The notes below the pieces were generated by a model. It was not told the origin of the DNA. It did no database searches and saw only the letters and a program-made list of their open reading frames with translations. Shown piece after piece: positions 46,416 to 63,731 of a DNA stretch of 64,000 nt; position 1 is the stretch's first letter; each line of letters opens with the position of its first letter. Location of the stretch: assembly GCA_053919585.1 (NCBI GenBank), contig CM132796.1, one strand, 5' to 3'. A program made the translations under genes and the position numbers. The DNA comes from Euprymna scolopes (Eukaryota).

Positions 46416-49400
46416 TTTATTAGAGCTATCTTACCATCCATATATTATGAATGTTAGTAGAGCTATCTTACTATCCATATATTATGAATGTTAGTAGAGT
46501 TATCTTACCATCCATATATTATGAATGTTAGTAGAGCTATCTTTCCATCCATATATTAAGAATGTTAATAGAGCTATCTTACCATCTATATATTATGAAT
46601 GTTATCAGAGCTATCTTACGATCCATATATTATGAATGTTTTTAGAGCTATCTTACAATCCATATATTATGAATGTTAGTAGAGCTATCTTACAATCCAT
46701 ATGTTATGAATGTTAATAGAGCTATCTTACAATCCATATATTATGAATGTTAGTAAAGATATCTTACCATCCATATATTATAAATGTTAATAGAGCTATC
46801 TTACAATCCATATATTATGAATGTTAGTAGATCTATCTTACAATCCATATATTATGAATGTTAATAGAGCTATCTTACCATACATATATTATGAATGTTA
46901 GTAGAGCTATCTTACAATCCATATATTATGAATGTTAGTAGGGCTAGCTTACCATCCATATATTATGAATGTTAATAGAGCTATCTTACAATCCATATAT
47001 TATGAATGTTAGTAGAGCTATCTTACAATCAATATATTATGAATGTTAGTAGAGCTATCTTACCATCCATATATTATGAATGTTACTAGAGCTATCTTAC
47101 TATCCATATATTATGAATGTTAGTAGAGCTATCTTACCATCCATATATTATGAATGTTAGTAGAGTTATCTTACCATCCATATCTTATGAATGTTAGTAG
47201 AGCTATTTTACCATCAATATATTATGAATGTTAGTAGAGCTATCTTACCATCCATATTGTATGAATGTTAATAGAGCTATCTTACAATCCATATATTATG
47301 AATGTTAGTAGAGCTATCTTACCATCCATATATTATGAATGTTAGTAGAGCTATCTTACCATCCATATATTATGAATGTTACTAGAGTTATCTTACCATC
47401 CATATCTTATGAATGTTAGTAGAGCTATTTAACCATCGATATATTAAGAATGTTGGTAGAGCTATCTTATCATCAATATATTATGAATGTTAGTAGAGCT
47501 ATCTTACCATCCTTATATTATGAATGTTAGTAGAGATATCTTACCAGCCATATATTATTAATGTTAGAAGAGCTATCTTACCATCGAAATATTATGAATG
47601 TTAATAGAGCTATCTTACCATCAATATATTATGAATGTTAGTAGAGCTATCTTACGATCCATATATTATAAATGTTAGTAGAGCTACCTTACGATCCATA
47701 TATTATGAATGTCAGTAGAGCTATCTTACAATCCATATGTTATGAATGTTAACAGAGCTATCTTACAATCCATATATTATGAACGTTAGGAGAGTTATTT
47801 TACCATCCATATATTATGAATGTTAGTAGAGCTATCTTACGATCCCTATATTATGACTGTTAGTAGAGCTATCTTACAATCACTATACTATGAATGTCAG
47901 TAGAGCTATCTTACAATCCATATATTATGAATGTAAGTAGAGCTATCTTACCATCCATATATTATGAATGTTAGTAGAGTTATCTTACCATCCAAATATT
48001 ATGAATGTTTGTAGAACTATCTTACCATCCATATGTTATGAATGTTAGTAGAGCTATCTTACAATCCATATATTATGAATGTTAATAGAGCTATCTTACA
48101 ATCCATATATTATGAATGATAGTAGAGCTATCTTACAATCCATATATTATGAATGTTAATAGAGCTATCTTACAATCCATATATTATGAATGTTACTAGA
48201 GCTATCTTACAATCCATATATTATGAATGTTAATAGAGTCATCTTACATTCCAAATATTATGACTGTTAGTAGAGCTATCTTACCATCCAAATATTATAA
48301 ATGTTAGTAGAGCTATCTTACAATCCATATATTATGAATGTTAGAAGAGCTTTCTTACCATCCATATATTATGAATGTTAGTAGAGTTATCTTACAATCC
48401 AAATATTATGAATGTTAGTAGAGCTATCTTACCATCCATATATTATGAATGTTAGTAGAGTTATCTTACCATCCAAATATTATGAATGTTAAAAGAGCTA
48501 TCTTACAATCCATATATTATGAATGTTAGTAGAGTTATCTTACGATCCAAATATTATGAATGTTAGTAGAGCTATCTTACAATCCATATATTATGAATGT
48601 TAGTAGAGTTATCTTACAATCCATATATTATGAATGTTAGTAGAGCTATCTTACCATCCATATATTATGAATGTTAGTAGAGCTATCTTACCGTCAATAT
48701 ATTATGAATGTTAGTAGAGCTACCTTACCATCCATATATTATGAATGTTAATAGAGCTATCTTACAATCCATATATTATGAATGGTAGTAGAGCTATCTT
48801 ACAATCCATATATTATGAATGTTAATAGAGCTATCTTACAATCCATATATTATGAATGTTAGTAGAGCTATCTTACCATCCATATATTATGAATGTAAGT
48901 AGAGCTATCTTACAATCCACATATTATGAATGTTAGTAAAGCTATCTTACCATCCATATATAATGTGTGTTAGTAGAGTTATGTTACCATCAAAATATTA
49001 TGAATGTTAGAAGAGCTATCTTACCATCAATATATTATGAATGTTAGTAGAGTTATCTTACAATCCAAATATTATGAATGTTAGTAGAGCTATCTTACCA
49101 TCCATATAGTATGAATGTTAGTAGAGTTATCTTACCATCCAAATATTATGAATGTTAGTAGAGCTATCTTACCATCAATATATTATGACTGTTAGTAGTG
49201 CTATCTTACAATCCATATATTATGAATGTTAGTAGAGCTATCTTACCATCCATATATTATGAATGTTAGTAGAGTTATCTTACCATCCAAATATTATGGA
49301 TGTTAGTAGAGCTATCTTACCATCCATATATTATGAATGTTAGTAGAGATATCTTACCATCCAAATATTATGAATGTTAGTAGAGCTATCTTACTATCAA

Positions 49401-52400
49401 TATATTATGAATGTTAGTAGAGTTATCTTACCATCCAAATATCATGAATGTTAGTAGAGCTATCTTACCATCCATATATTATGAATGTTAGTAGAGCTAT
49501 CTTACCATCCATATATTATGAATGTTAGTAGAGCTATCTTACCATCAATATATTATGAATTTTAGTAGAGCTATCTTACCATCCATATATTATGAATGTT
49601 AGTAGAGCTATCTTACTATCCATATATTATGAATGTTAGTAGAGTTATCTTACCATCCATATATTATGAATGTTAGTAGAGCTATCTTACTATCCATATA
49701 TTAAGAATGTTAGAAGAGCTAACTTATCATCCATATATTATGAACGTAAGTAGAGCTATCTTACCATCCTTATATTATGAATGTAAGTAGAGATATCTTA
49801 CCATCCATATATTATGAATGTTAGAAGAGCTATCTTACGATCCAAATATTATGAATGTTAATAGAGCTATCTTACCATCCACATATTATGAATGTTAGTA
49901 GAGCTATCTTACGATCCATATATTATGAATGTTTTTAGAGCTATCTTACAAGCCATATATTATGAATGTTAGTAGATCTATCTTACAATCCATATATTAT
50001 GAATGTTAATAGAGCTATCTTACCATACATATTTTGAATGTTAGTAGAGCTATCTTACAATCCATATATCATGAATGTTAGTAGGGCTAGCTTACAATCC
50101 ATATATTATGAATGTTAATAGAGCTATCTTACAATCCATATATTATGAATGTTAGTAGAGCTATCTTACAATCAATATATTATGAATGTTAGTAGAGCTA
50201 TCTTACCATCCATATATTATGAATGTTACTAGAGCTATCTTACCATCCATATATTATGAATGTTAGTAGAGCTATATTACCATCCATATATAATGAATGT
50301 TAGTAGAGTTATCTTACCATCCATATCTTATGAATGTTAGTAGAGCTATTTTACCATCAATATATTATGAATGTTAGTAGAGCTATCTTACCATCCATAT
50401 TGTATGAATGTTAATAGAGCTATCTTACAATCCATATATTATGAATGGTAGTAGAGCTATCTTACCATCCATATATTATAAATGTTAGTAGAGCTATCTT
50501 ACCATCCATATATTATGAATGTTACTAGAGTTATCTTACCATCCATATCTTATGAATGTTAGTAGAGCTATTTTACCATCGATATATTAAGAATGTTAGT
50601 AGAGCTATCTTATCATCAATATATTATGAATGTTAGTAGAGCTATCTTACCATCCTTATATTATGAATGTTAGTAGAGATATCTTACCAGCCATATATTA
50701 TTAATGTTAGAAGAGCTATCTTACCATCGAAATATTATGAATGTTAATAGAGCTATCTTACCATCCATATATTATGAATGTTAGTAGAGCTATCTTACGA
50801 TCCATATATTATGAATGTTAGTAGAGCTACCTTACGATCCATATATTATGAATGTCAGTAGAGCTATCTTACAATCCATATGTTATGAATGTTAACAGAG
50901 CTATCTTACAATCCATATATTATGAACGTTAGTAGAGTTATTTTACCATCCATATATTATGAATGTTAGTAGAGCTATCTTACGATCCCTATATTATGAC
51001 TGTTAGTAGAGCTATCTTACAATCACTATACTATGAATGTCAGTAGAGCTATCTTACAATCCATATATTATGAATGTTAGTAGAGCTATCTTACCATCCA
51101 TATATTATGAATGTTAGTAGAGTTATCTTACCATCCAAATATTATGAATTTTAATTGAACTATCTTACCATCCATATATTGTGAATGTTAGTAGAGCTAT
51201 CTTTCAATCCATATATTATGAATGTTAATAGAGCTATCTTACAATCCATATATTATGAATGATAGTAGAGCTATCTTACAATCCATATATTATGAATGTT
51301 AATAGAGATATCTTACAATCCATATATTATGAATGTTAGTAGAGCTATCTTACAATCCATATATTATGAATGTTAATAGAATCATCTTACAATCCAAATA
51401 TTATGACTGTTAGTAGAGCTCTCTTACCATCCATATATTATGAATGTTAGTAGAGCTATCTTACAATCCATATATTATGAATGTTAGAAGAGCTTTCTTA
51501 CCATCCATATATTATGAATGTTAGTAGAGTTATCTTACAATCAAAATATTATGAATGTTAGTAGAGCTATCTTACAATCCATATATTATGAATGTTAGTA
51601 GAGTTATCTTACCATCCAAATATTATGAATGTTAGAAGAGCTATCTTACAATCCATATATTATGAATGTTAGTAGAGTTATCTTACGATCCAAATATTAT
51701 GAATGTTAGTAGAGCTATCTTACCATCCATATATTATGAATGTTAGTAGAGTTATCTTACAATCCATATATTATGAATGTTAGTAGAGCTATCTTACCAT
51801 CCATATATTATGAATGTGGTAGAGCTATCTTACCATCAATATATTATGAATGTTAGTAGAGCTACCTTACCATCCATATATCATGAATGTTAATAGAGCT
51901 ATCTTACAATCCATATATTATGAATGGTAGTAGAGCTATCTTACAATCCATATATTATGAATGTTAGTAGAGCTATCTTACCATCCATATATTATGAATG
52001 TAATAGAGCTATCTTACAATCCATATATTATAAATGTTAGTAAAGCTATCTTACCATCCATATATTATGTGTGTTAGTAGAGTTATGTTACCATCCAAAT
52101 ATTATGAATGTTAGAAGAGCTATCTTACCATCAATATATTATGAATGTTAGTAGAGTTATCTTACCATCCAAAAATATTATGAATGTTAGTAGAGCTATC
52201 TTACCATCCATATAGTATGAATGTTAGTAGAGATATCTTACCATCCAAATATTATGAATGTTAGTAGAGCTATCTTACCATCAATATATTATGAATGTTA
52301 GTAGAGTTATGTTACCATCCATATATTATTAATGTTAGTAGAGCTATCTTTCCAACCATATATTATGAATGTTAGTAGAGCTATCTTACCATCCATATAT

Positions 52401-55400
52401 TATAAATGTTAGTAGAGCTATCTTACCATCCATATATTACAAAGGTTAGTAGAGCTATCTTACGATCCTGATATTAGGAATGTTTGTAGAGATATCTTAC
52501 CATCCATATATTATGAATGTTATTAGAGCTATCTTACGATCAAAATATTATGAATGTTAATAGAGCTATCTTACCATCCATATATTATGAATGTTAGTAG
52601 AGCTTTCTTACGATCAATATATTATGAAGGTTAGTAGAGCTATCTTACAATCCATATATCATGAATGTCAGTAGAGCTATCTTACAATCCATATATTATG
52701 AATGTTAATAGAGCTATCTTACAATCAATATATTATGAATTTTAGTAGAGCTATCTTACCATCCATATATTATGAATGTTTTTGGAGCAATCTTACAATC
52801 CATATATTATGAATGTTAGATTTATCTTACCGTCCATATATTATGAATGTTAATAGAGCTATCTTACAATCCAAATATTATGAAGTTTAGTAGAGCTATC
52901 TTACCATCCATATATTATGAATGTTAGTAGAGTTATCTTACAATCCAAATGTTATGAATTTTAGTAGAGCTATCTTACCATCCATATATTATGAATGTTA
53001 GTAGAGTTATCTTACAATCACAATATTATGACTGTTAGTAGAGCTATCTTACAATCCATATATTATGAATGTTAGTAGAGTTATCTTACAATCCATATAT
53101 TATGAATGTTAGTAGAGCTATCTTACCATCCATATATTATTAATGTTCGTAGAGCTATCTTACCATCAATATATTATAAATGTTAGTAGAGCTATCTTAC
53201 CATCCATATATTATGAATGTTAATAGAGCTATCTTACAATCCATATATTATGAATGGTAGTACAGCTATCTTACAATCCATATATTATGAATGTTAATAG
53301 AGCTATTTTACCATCCATATATTATGAATGTTAGTAGAGCTATCTTACGATCCATATATTATGAATGTTAGTAGAGCTATCTTACAATCCATATATTATG
53401 AATGTTAGTAGAGCTATCTAACCATCCATATATTATGTGTGTTAGTAGAGTTATGTTATCATCCAAATATTATGAATGTTAGTAGAGCTATCTTACCATC
53501 AATATATTATGAATGTTAGTAGAGTTATCTTACCATCCAAATATTATGAATGTTAGTAGAGCTATCTTACCATCCATATATTATGAATGTTAGTAGAGTT
53601 ATGTTACCATCCATATATTATGAATGTTAGTAGAGCTATCTTTCCATCCATATATTATGAATGTTAGTAGAGCTATCTTACCATCCATATATTATGAATG
53701 TTAGTAGAGCTATCTTACCATCCATATATTATGAAGGTTAGTAGAGCTATCTTACGATCCTGATATTATGAATGTTAGTAGAGATACCTTACTATCCATA
53801 TATTATAAATGTTAGTAGAGCTATCTTACCATCAAAATATTATGAATGTTAATAGAGCTATCTAACAATCCATATATTATGAATGTTAGTAGAGCTTTCT
53901 TACGATCCATATATTATGAAGGTTAGTAGAGCTATCTTACAATCCACATATCATGAATGTCAGTAGAGCTATCTTACAATCCATATATTATGAATGTTAA
54001 TAGAGCTATCTTACAATCCATATATTATGAATTTTATTAGAGCTATCTTACCATCCATATATGATGAATGTTTATAGAGCTATCTTACAATCCATATATT
54101 ATGAATGTAAGTAGATCTATCTTACAATCCATATATTATGAATGTTAATAGAGCTATCTTACCATACATATACTCTGAATGTTAGTAGAGCTATCTTACA
54201 ATCCCTATATTATGAATGTTAGTAGAGCAATCTTACCATCCATATATTATGAATGGTAATATAGCTATCTTACAATCCATATATTATGAATGTTAGTAGA
54301 GCTATCTTACAATCCATATATTATGAATGTTAGTAGAGCTATCTTACCACCCAAATATTATGAATGTTAATAGAGCTATCTTACAATCCATATATTATCA
54401 ATGTTAGTAGAGCTATCTCACGATCCATATATTATGAATGTTAGTAGAGCTATCTTACAATCCATATATTATGAATGTCAGTAGAGCTATCTTACAATCC
54501 ATATATTATGAATGTTAGTAGAGCTACCTTACAGTCCATACATTATGAATGTTATAAGATCTATCTTACAATCCATATATTATGAATGTTAGTAGAGCTA
54601 TCTTACAATCCATATATTATGAATGTTAGTAGAGCTATCTTACAATAAATATATTATGAATGTTAGTAGAGCTATCTTACCATCCATATATTATGATATT
54701 TGTAGAGTTATCTTACCATCCCAATATTATGAATGTTAGTAGAGCTATCTTAACATCAATATATTATGAATGTTAGTAGAGTTATCTTACCATCCAAATA
54801 TTATCAATGTTAGTAGAGCTATCTTACCATCCATATATTATGAATGTTAGTAGAGTTATCTTACCATCCATATACTATGAATGTTAGTAGAGCTATCTTT
54901 CCATCCATATATTATGACTGTTAGTAGAGCTATCTTTCCATTCAATTATTATGAATGTTAGTAGAGCTATCTTACCATCCATATATTATGAATGTTAGTA
55001 GAGCTATCTTACCATCCATATATTATGAATGTTAGTAGAGGTATCTTACCATCCATATATTATAAATGTTAGTAGAGCTATTTTACCATCCCTATATTAT
55101 GAATGTTAGAAGAGCCCTCTTATCATCCATATATTATGAATGTTAGTAGAGCTATCTTTCCATCCTTATATTATGAATGTTAGTAGAGATATCTTACAAT
55201 CCATATGTTATGAATGTAAGTAGAGCTATCTTACATTCCATATATTATGAATGTTAGTAGCACTATCTTCTATCCATATATTATGAATGTTAGTAGAGTT
55301 ATCTTACCATCCAAATATTATGAATGGTAAGGGAGCTACCTTACCATCTATATATTATTAATGTTATGAGAGCTATCTTACCATCCAAATATTATGAATG

Positions 55401-58400
55401 TTAGTAGAACTATCTTACCATCCATATATTATGACTTTTAATAGAGCTATCTTACAATCCATATATTATGAATGTTAGTAGAGATATCTTAGAATCCATA
55501 TATTATGAATGTTAGTAGAGCTATCTTAACATCCAAATATTATGAATGTTAATAGAGCTATCTTACAATCAATATATTATGAATGTTTATAGAGATATCT
55601 TAGCATCCATATATTATAAATGTTAGTAGAGCTATCTTACCATCCAAATATTATGAATGTTAGTAGAGCATTCTTACAATCCATATATTATGAATGTTAG
55701 TAGAGCTATCTTACAATCCATATATTATGAATGTTAATAGAGCTATCTTACCATCCAAATATTATGAATGTTAATTGAGCTATATTACAATCCATATATT
55801 ATGAATGTTAGTAGAGCTATCTTACAATCCATATATTATGAATGTTAGTAGAGCTATCTTACAATCCATATATTATGAATGTTAGTAGAGCTATCTTACC
55901 ATCCATATATTATGAATGTTAGTAGAGCTATCTTACCATCCAAATATTATGAATGTTATTAGAGCTAACTTACCATCCATAGTTTATGAATGTTAGTAGA
56001 GCTATCTTACAATCCATATATTATGAATGTTAGTAGAGCTATCTTACAATCCATATATTATGAATGTTAGTAGAGCTATCTTACAATCCGTACATTATGA
56101 ATGTTATTAGATCTATCTTACAATCAATATATTATGAATGTTAGTAGAGCTATCTTACAATCGATATATTATGATTGTTAGTAGAGCTATCTTACCATCC
56201 ATATATTATGAATGTTTGTAGAGTTATCTTACCATCCAAATATTATGAATGTTAGTAGAGCTATCTTACCATCCATATATTATGAATGTTAGTAGAGTTA
56301 TCTTACCATCCAAATATTATGAATGTTAGTAGAGCTATCTTACCATCCATATATTATGAATGTTAGTAGAGCTATCTTACCATCCATATATTATGAATGT
56401 AAGTAGAGCTATCTTTCCATCCATATATTATGACTGTTAGTAGAGCTATCTTACCAGTCATATATTATGAATGTTAGTAGAGCTATCTTTCCTCCATATA
56501 TTATAAATGTTAGTAGAGCTATCTTACCATCCATATATTATGAATGTTAGTAGAGTTAAATACCATCCATATATTATGAATGTTAGTAGAGCTATTTTAC
56601 CATCCCTATATTATGAATGTTAGAAGAGCTATCTTATCATCCATATATTATGAATGTTAGTAGAGCTATCTTACCATCCTTATATTATGAATGTAAGTAG
56701 AGATATCTTACCATCCATATTTTATGAATGTTAGTAGAGCTATCTTACATTCCATATATTATGAATGTCAGTAGCACTATCTTACCATCCATATATTATG
56801 AATGTTAGTAGAGTTATCTTACCATCCAAATATTATGAATGTAAATAGAGCTACCTTACCATCCATATATTATTAATGTTAGTAGAGCTATCTTACCATC
56901 CAAATATTATGAATGTTAGTAGAGCTATCTTACCATCCATATATTATGAATGTTAATAGAGCTATCTTACAATCCATATATTATGAATGTTAGTAGAGAT
57001 ATCTTAGAATCCATATATTATGAATGTTAGTAGAGCTATCTTAACATCCAAATATTATAAATGTTAATAGAGTTATCTTACAATCAATATATTATGAATG
57101 TTTATAGAGATATCTTACCATCCATATATTATAAATGTTAGTAGAGCTATCTTACCATCCACATATAATGAATGTTAGTAGAGCAATCTTACAATCCATA
57201 TATTATGAATGTTAGTAGAGCTATCTTACAATCCATATATTATGAATGTTAATAGAGCTATCTTACCATCCAAATATTATGAATGTTAATTGAGCTATAT
57301 TACAATCCATATATTATGAATGTTAGTAGAGCTATCTTACAATCCATATATTATGAATGTTAGTAGAGCTATCTTACAATCCATATATTATGAATGTTAG
57401 TAGAGCTATCTTACCATCCATATATTATGAATTTTAGTAGAGCTATCTTACCATCCAAATATTATGAATGTTAATAGAGCTATCTTTCCATACATATATG
57501 ATGAATGTTAGTAGAGCTATCTTACAATCCATATATTATGAATGTCAGTAGAGCTATCTTACAATCCATATATTATTAATGTTAATAGAGCTATCTTACA
57601 ATCCATATATTATGAATGTTAGTAGAGCTATGTTACAATCCATTTATTATGAATGTTAGTAGAGCTATCTTACAATCCATATATTGTGAATGTTAGTAGA
57701 GATATCTTACAATCCATATATTATGAATGTTAGTAGAGCTATCTTACAATCAATATATTATGAATGTTAGTAGAGCTATCTTACCATCCATATATTATGG
57801 ATGTTAGTAGAGCTACCTTACCATCCAAATAATATGAATGTTAGTAGAGCTGTCTTACCATACATATATTATGAATGTTAATAGAGCTATTTTACAATCC
57901 ATATATATAATGAATGTTAGTAGAGCTATCTTACAATCCATGTATTATGAATGTTAATAGAGCTATGTTACAATCCATATATTATGAATGTTAGTAAAGG
58001 TATCTTACCATACATATATTATGAATGTTAGTAGAGCTATCTTACCATCCAAATGTTATGAATGTTAATAGAGCTATCTTACCATACATATATTATGAAT
58101 GTTAGTAGAGCTATCTTACGATCCATATATTATGAATGTTAGTAGAGCAATCTGACATTCCATATATTATGAATGTCAGTAGAGCTATCTTACAATCCAT
58201 ATATTATGAATGTTAGTAGAGCTATCTTACCATCCATATATTATTAATGTGAGTAGAGCTATCTTACCATCCAAATATTATGAATGTTAGTAGAGTTATC
58301 TTACCATACATATATTATGAATGTTAGTAGAGCTATCTTACCATCCTTATATTATGAATGTTAGTAGAGATATCTTACCATCCATATATTATGAATGTTA

Positions 58401-61400
58401 GTAGAGCTTTCTTACATTCCATATATTATGAATGTTAGTAGCACTATCTTACCATCCATATATTATGAATGTTAGTAGAGTTTTCTTACCATCCCAATAT
58501 TATGAATGTTAATAGAGCTACCTTACCATCCATATATTATTAATGTTAGTAGAGCTATCTTACCATCCATATATTATGAATGTTAGTAGAGCTATCTTAC
58601 CATCCAAATATTATGAATGTTAGTAGAGCTTTCTTACAATCCATATATTATTAATGTTAGTAGAGATATCTTACAATCCATATATTATGAATGTTAGTAG
58701 AGCTATATTACCATCCAAATATTATCAATGTTAATAGAGCTATCTTACAATCAATATATTATGAATGTTTATAGAGATATCTTACCATCCATATTTTATA
58801 AATGTTAGTAGAGCTACCTTACGATCCAAATATTATGAATGTTAGTAGAGTTATCTTACAATCCATATATTATGAATGTCAGTAGAGCTATCTTACAATC
58901 CATATATTATGAATGTTAATAGAGCTATTTTACCATCCATATATTATGAATGTTAATAGAGCTATCTTACAATCCATATATTATGAATGTTAGTAAAGCT
59001 ATCTTACAATCCATATATTATGAATGTTAGTAGAGCTATCTTACAATCCATATATTATGAATGTTAGTAGAGCTATCTTACCATCCATATATTATGAATT
59101 TTAGTAGAGCTATCTTACCATCCAAATATTATGAATGTTAATAGAGCTATCTTACCATACATATATTATGAATGTTAATAGAGCTATCTTACAATCCATA
59201 TATTATGAATGTTAGTAGAGATATCTTCCGATCCATATATTATGAATGTTAGTAGAGCTATCTTACAATCCATATATTATTAATGTTAGTAGAGCTATTT
59301 TACAATCCATTTATTATGAATGTTAATAGAGCTATCTTACCATCCATATATTATGAATGTTAGTAGAGCTATCTTACCATCCATATATTATGAATATTAG
59401 TAGAGCTATCTTACCATCAATATATTATGAATGTTAATAGAGCTATCTTACCATCCATATATTATTAATGTCAGTAGAGCTATCTTACCATCCAAATATT
59501 ATGAATGTTAGTAGAGCTATCTTACCATACATATATCATGAATGTTCATAGAGCTATCTTTCCATCCCAATATTATGAATGTTAAATGAGCTATCTTACA
59601 ATCCATATATTATGAATGTTAGTAGAGCTACCTTACCATCCATATATTATTAATGTTAGTAGAGCTATCTTACCATCCATATATTATGAATGTTAGTAGA
59701 GCTATCTTACCATCCAAATATTATGAATGTTAGTAGAGCTATCTTACAATCCATATATTATGAATGTTAGTAGAGCTATCTTTCAATCCATGTATTATGA
59801 ATGTTAATAGAGCTATCTTACAATCCATATATTATGAATGTTAGTAGAGCTATCTTTCCATACATATAATATGAATGTAAGTAGAGCTATCTTACCATCC
59901 AAATATTATGAATGTTGATAGAGCTATCTTACCATACATATATTATGAATGTTAGTAGAGCTATCTTACGATCCATATATTATGAATGTTAGTAGAGCTA
60001 TCTTACATTCCATATATTATGAATGTCAGTAGAACTATCTTACAATCCATATATTATGAATGTTAGTAGAGCTATCTTACCATCCATATATTATGAATGT
60101 TAGTAGAGTAATCTTACCATCCAAATATTATGAATGTTATTAGAGCAATCTTACCATCCATATATTATGAATGTTAGTAGATCTATCTTACAATCCATAT
60201 ATTATGAATGTTAGTAGAGCTATCTTACAATCCATATATTATGAATGTTAGTAGAGCTACCTTACAATCCATACATTATGAATGTAATTAGATCTATCTT
60301 ACAATCCATATATTATGAATGTTAGTAGAGCTATCTTACAATCCATATATTATGAATGTTAGTAGAGCTATCTTACAATCCATATATTATGAATGTTAGT
60401 AGAGCTATCTTACTATCCATATATTATGAATGTTTGTAGAGTTATCTTTCCATCCATATATTATGACTGTTAGTAGAGCTATCTTACCATTCATATATTA
60501 TGAATGTTAGTAGAGCTATCTTACCATCCAAATATTATGAATGTTTGTAGAGCAATCTTACAATCCATATATTATGAATGTTAGTAGAGCTATCTTACAA
60601 TCCATATATTATGAATGTTAATAGAGCTATCTGACCATCCAAATATTATGAATGTTAATTGTGCTATATTACAATCCATATATTATGAATGTTAGTAGAG
60701 CTATCTTACAATCCATATATTATGAATGTTAGTAGAGCTATCTTACAATCCATATATTATGAATGTTAGTAGAGCTATCTTACCATCCATATATTATGAA
60801 TGTTAGTAGAGTTATCTTACCATCCAAATATTATGAATGTTATTAGAGCTATCTTACCATCCATATATTATGAATGTTAGTAGAGCTATCTTACAATCCA
60901 TATATTATGAATGTTAGTAGAGCTATCGTACAATCCATATATTATGAATGTTAGTAGAGCTATCTTACAATCCATACATTATGAATGTTATTAGATCTAT
61001 CTTACAATCCATATATTATGAATGTTAGTAGAGCTATCTTACAATCCATATATTATGAATGTTAGTAGAGCTATCTTACAATCCATATATTATGAATGTT
61101 AGTAGAGCTATCTTACCATCCATATATTATGAATGTTTGTAGAGTTATCTTACCATCCAAATATTATGAATGTTAGTAGAGCTATCTTACCATCCATATA
61201 TTATGAATGTTAGTAGAGTTATCTTACCATCCAAATATTATGAATGTTAGTAGAGCTATCTTACCATCCATATATTATGAATGTTAGTAGAGTTATCTTA
61301 CCATCCATATATTATGAATGTTAGTAGAGCTATCTGTCCATCCATATATTATGACTGTTAGTAGAGCTATCTTACCATTCATATATTATGAATGTTAGTA

Positions 61401-62249
61401 GAGCTATCTTACCTCCATATATTATGAATGTTAGTAGAGCTATCTTACCATCCATATATTATGAATGTTAGTAGAGTTATCTTACCATCAATATATTATG
61501 AATGTTAGTAGAGCTATTTTACCATCCCTATATTATGAATGGTAGAAGAGCTATCATATCATCCATATATTATGAATGTTAGTAGAGCTATCTTACCATC
61601 CTTATATTATGAATGTTAGTAGAGATATCTTAGAATCAATATATTATGAATGTTAGTAGAGCTATCTTAACATCCAAATATTATGAATGTTAATAGAGCT
61701 ATCTTACAATCAATATATTATGAATGTTTATAGAGATATCTTACCATCCATATATTATAAATGTTAGTAGAGCTATCTTACCATCCACATATTATGAATG
61801 TTAGTAGAGCAATCTTACAATCCATATATTATGAATTTTAGTAGAGCTATCTTACAATCCATATATTATGAATGTTAATAGAGCTATCTTACCATCCAAA
61901 TATTATGAATGTTAATGGAGCTATATTACAATCCATATATTATGAATGTTAGTAGAGCTATCTTACAATCTATATATTATCAATGTTAGTAGAGCTATCT
62001 TACAATCCATATATTATGAATGTTAGTAGAGCTATCTTACCATCCATAAATTATGAATTTTAGTAGAGCTATATTACCATCCAAATATTATGAATGTTAA
62101 TAGAGCTATCTTACCATACATATATTATGAATGTTAATAGAGCTATCTTACAATCCATATATTATGAATGTCAGTAGAGCTATCTTACGATCCATATATT
62201 ATGAATGTTTATAGAGCTATCTTACAATCCATATATTATGAATGTTAGT

Positions 62250-63731
62250 AGAGCTATCTTACAATCAATTTATTATGAATGTTAGTAGAGCTATCTTACC
62301 ATCCATATATTATGAATGTTAGTAGAGATATCTTACAATCCATATATTATGGATGTTAGTAGAGCTATCTTACCATCCAAATAATATGAATGTTAGTAGA
62401 GCTGTCTTACCATACATATATTATGAATGTTAATAGAGCTATCTTACAATCCATATATATAATGAATGTTAGTAGAGCTATCTTACAATCCATGTATTAT
62501 GAATGTTAATAGAGCTATCTTACAATCCATATATTATGAATGTTAGTAGAGCTATCTTACCATACATATATTATGAATGTTAGTAGAGCTATCTTACCAT
62601 CCAAATGTTATGAATGTTAATAGAGCTATCTTACCATACATATATTATGAATGTTAGTAGAGCTATCTTACCATCCATATATTATGAATGTTAGTAGAGC
62701 TATTTACGATCCATATATTATGAATGTTAATAGAGCTATCTTACAATCCATATATTATGAATGTTAGTAGAGCTATCTTACCATCCATATATTATGAATG
62801 TTAGTAGAGCTATCTTACCATCCATATATTATGAATGTTAGTCGAGCTATCTTACAATCCATATATTATGAATGTTAATAGAGCCATCTTACCATCCATA
62901 TATTATGAATTTTAGTAGAGCAATCTTACCATCCAAATATTATGAATGTTAATAGAGCTATCTTACCATACATATATTATGAATGTTAGTAGAGCTATCT
63001 TACAATCAATTTATTATGAATGTTAGTAGAGCTATCTTACCATCCATATATTATGAATGTTAGTAGAGATATCTTACAATCCATATATTATGGATGTTAG
63101 TAGAGCTATCTTACCATCCAAATAATATGAATGTTAGTAGAGCTGTCTTACCATACATATATTATGAATGTTAATAGAGCTATCTTACAATCCATATATA
63201 TAATGAATGTTAGTAGAGCTATCTTACAATCCATGTATTATGAATGTTAATAGAGCTATCTTACAATCCATATATTATGAATGTTAGTAGAGCTATCTTA
63301 CCATACATATATTATGAATGTTAGTAGAGCTATCTTACCATCCAAATGTTATGAATGTTAATAGAGCTATCTTACCATACATATATTATGAATGTTAGTA
63401 GAGCTATCTTACCATCCATATATTATGAATGTTAGTAGAGCTATTTACGATCCATATATTATGAATGTTAATAGAGCTATCTTACAATCCATATATTATG
63501 AATGTTAGTAGAGCTATCTTACCATCCTTATATTATGAATGTTAGTAGAGCTATCTTACCATCCATATATTATGAATGTTAGTCGAGCTATCTTACAATC
63601 CATATATTATGAATGTTAATAGAGCCATCTTACCATCCATATATTATGAATTTTAGTAGAGCAATCTTACCATCCAAATATTATAAATGTTAATAGAGCT
63701 ATCTTACCATACATATATTATGAATGTTAGT
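62250..63731 (+). repeat. Local tandem duplication of 20 monomers (741 bp x2)
   Basis: ACAATCAATTT at 62,261/63,002 and GTCGAG at 62,841/63,582. The offset is 741 = 20x37+2-1, matching the internal +2 (TATATATAAT) and -1 (TATTTAC) indels. Confidence 0.9.
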
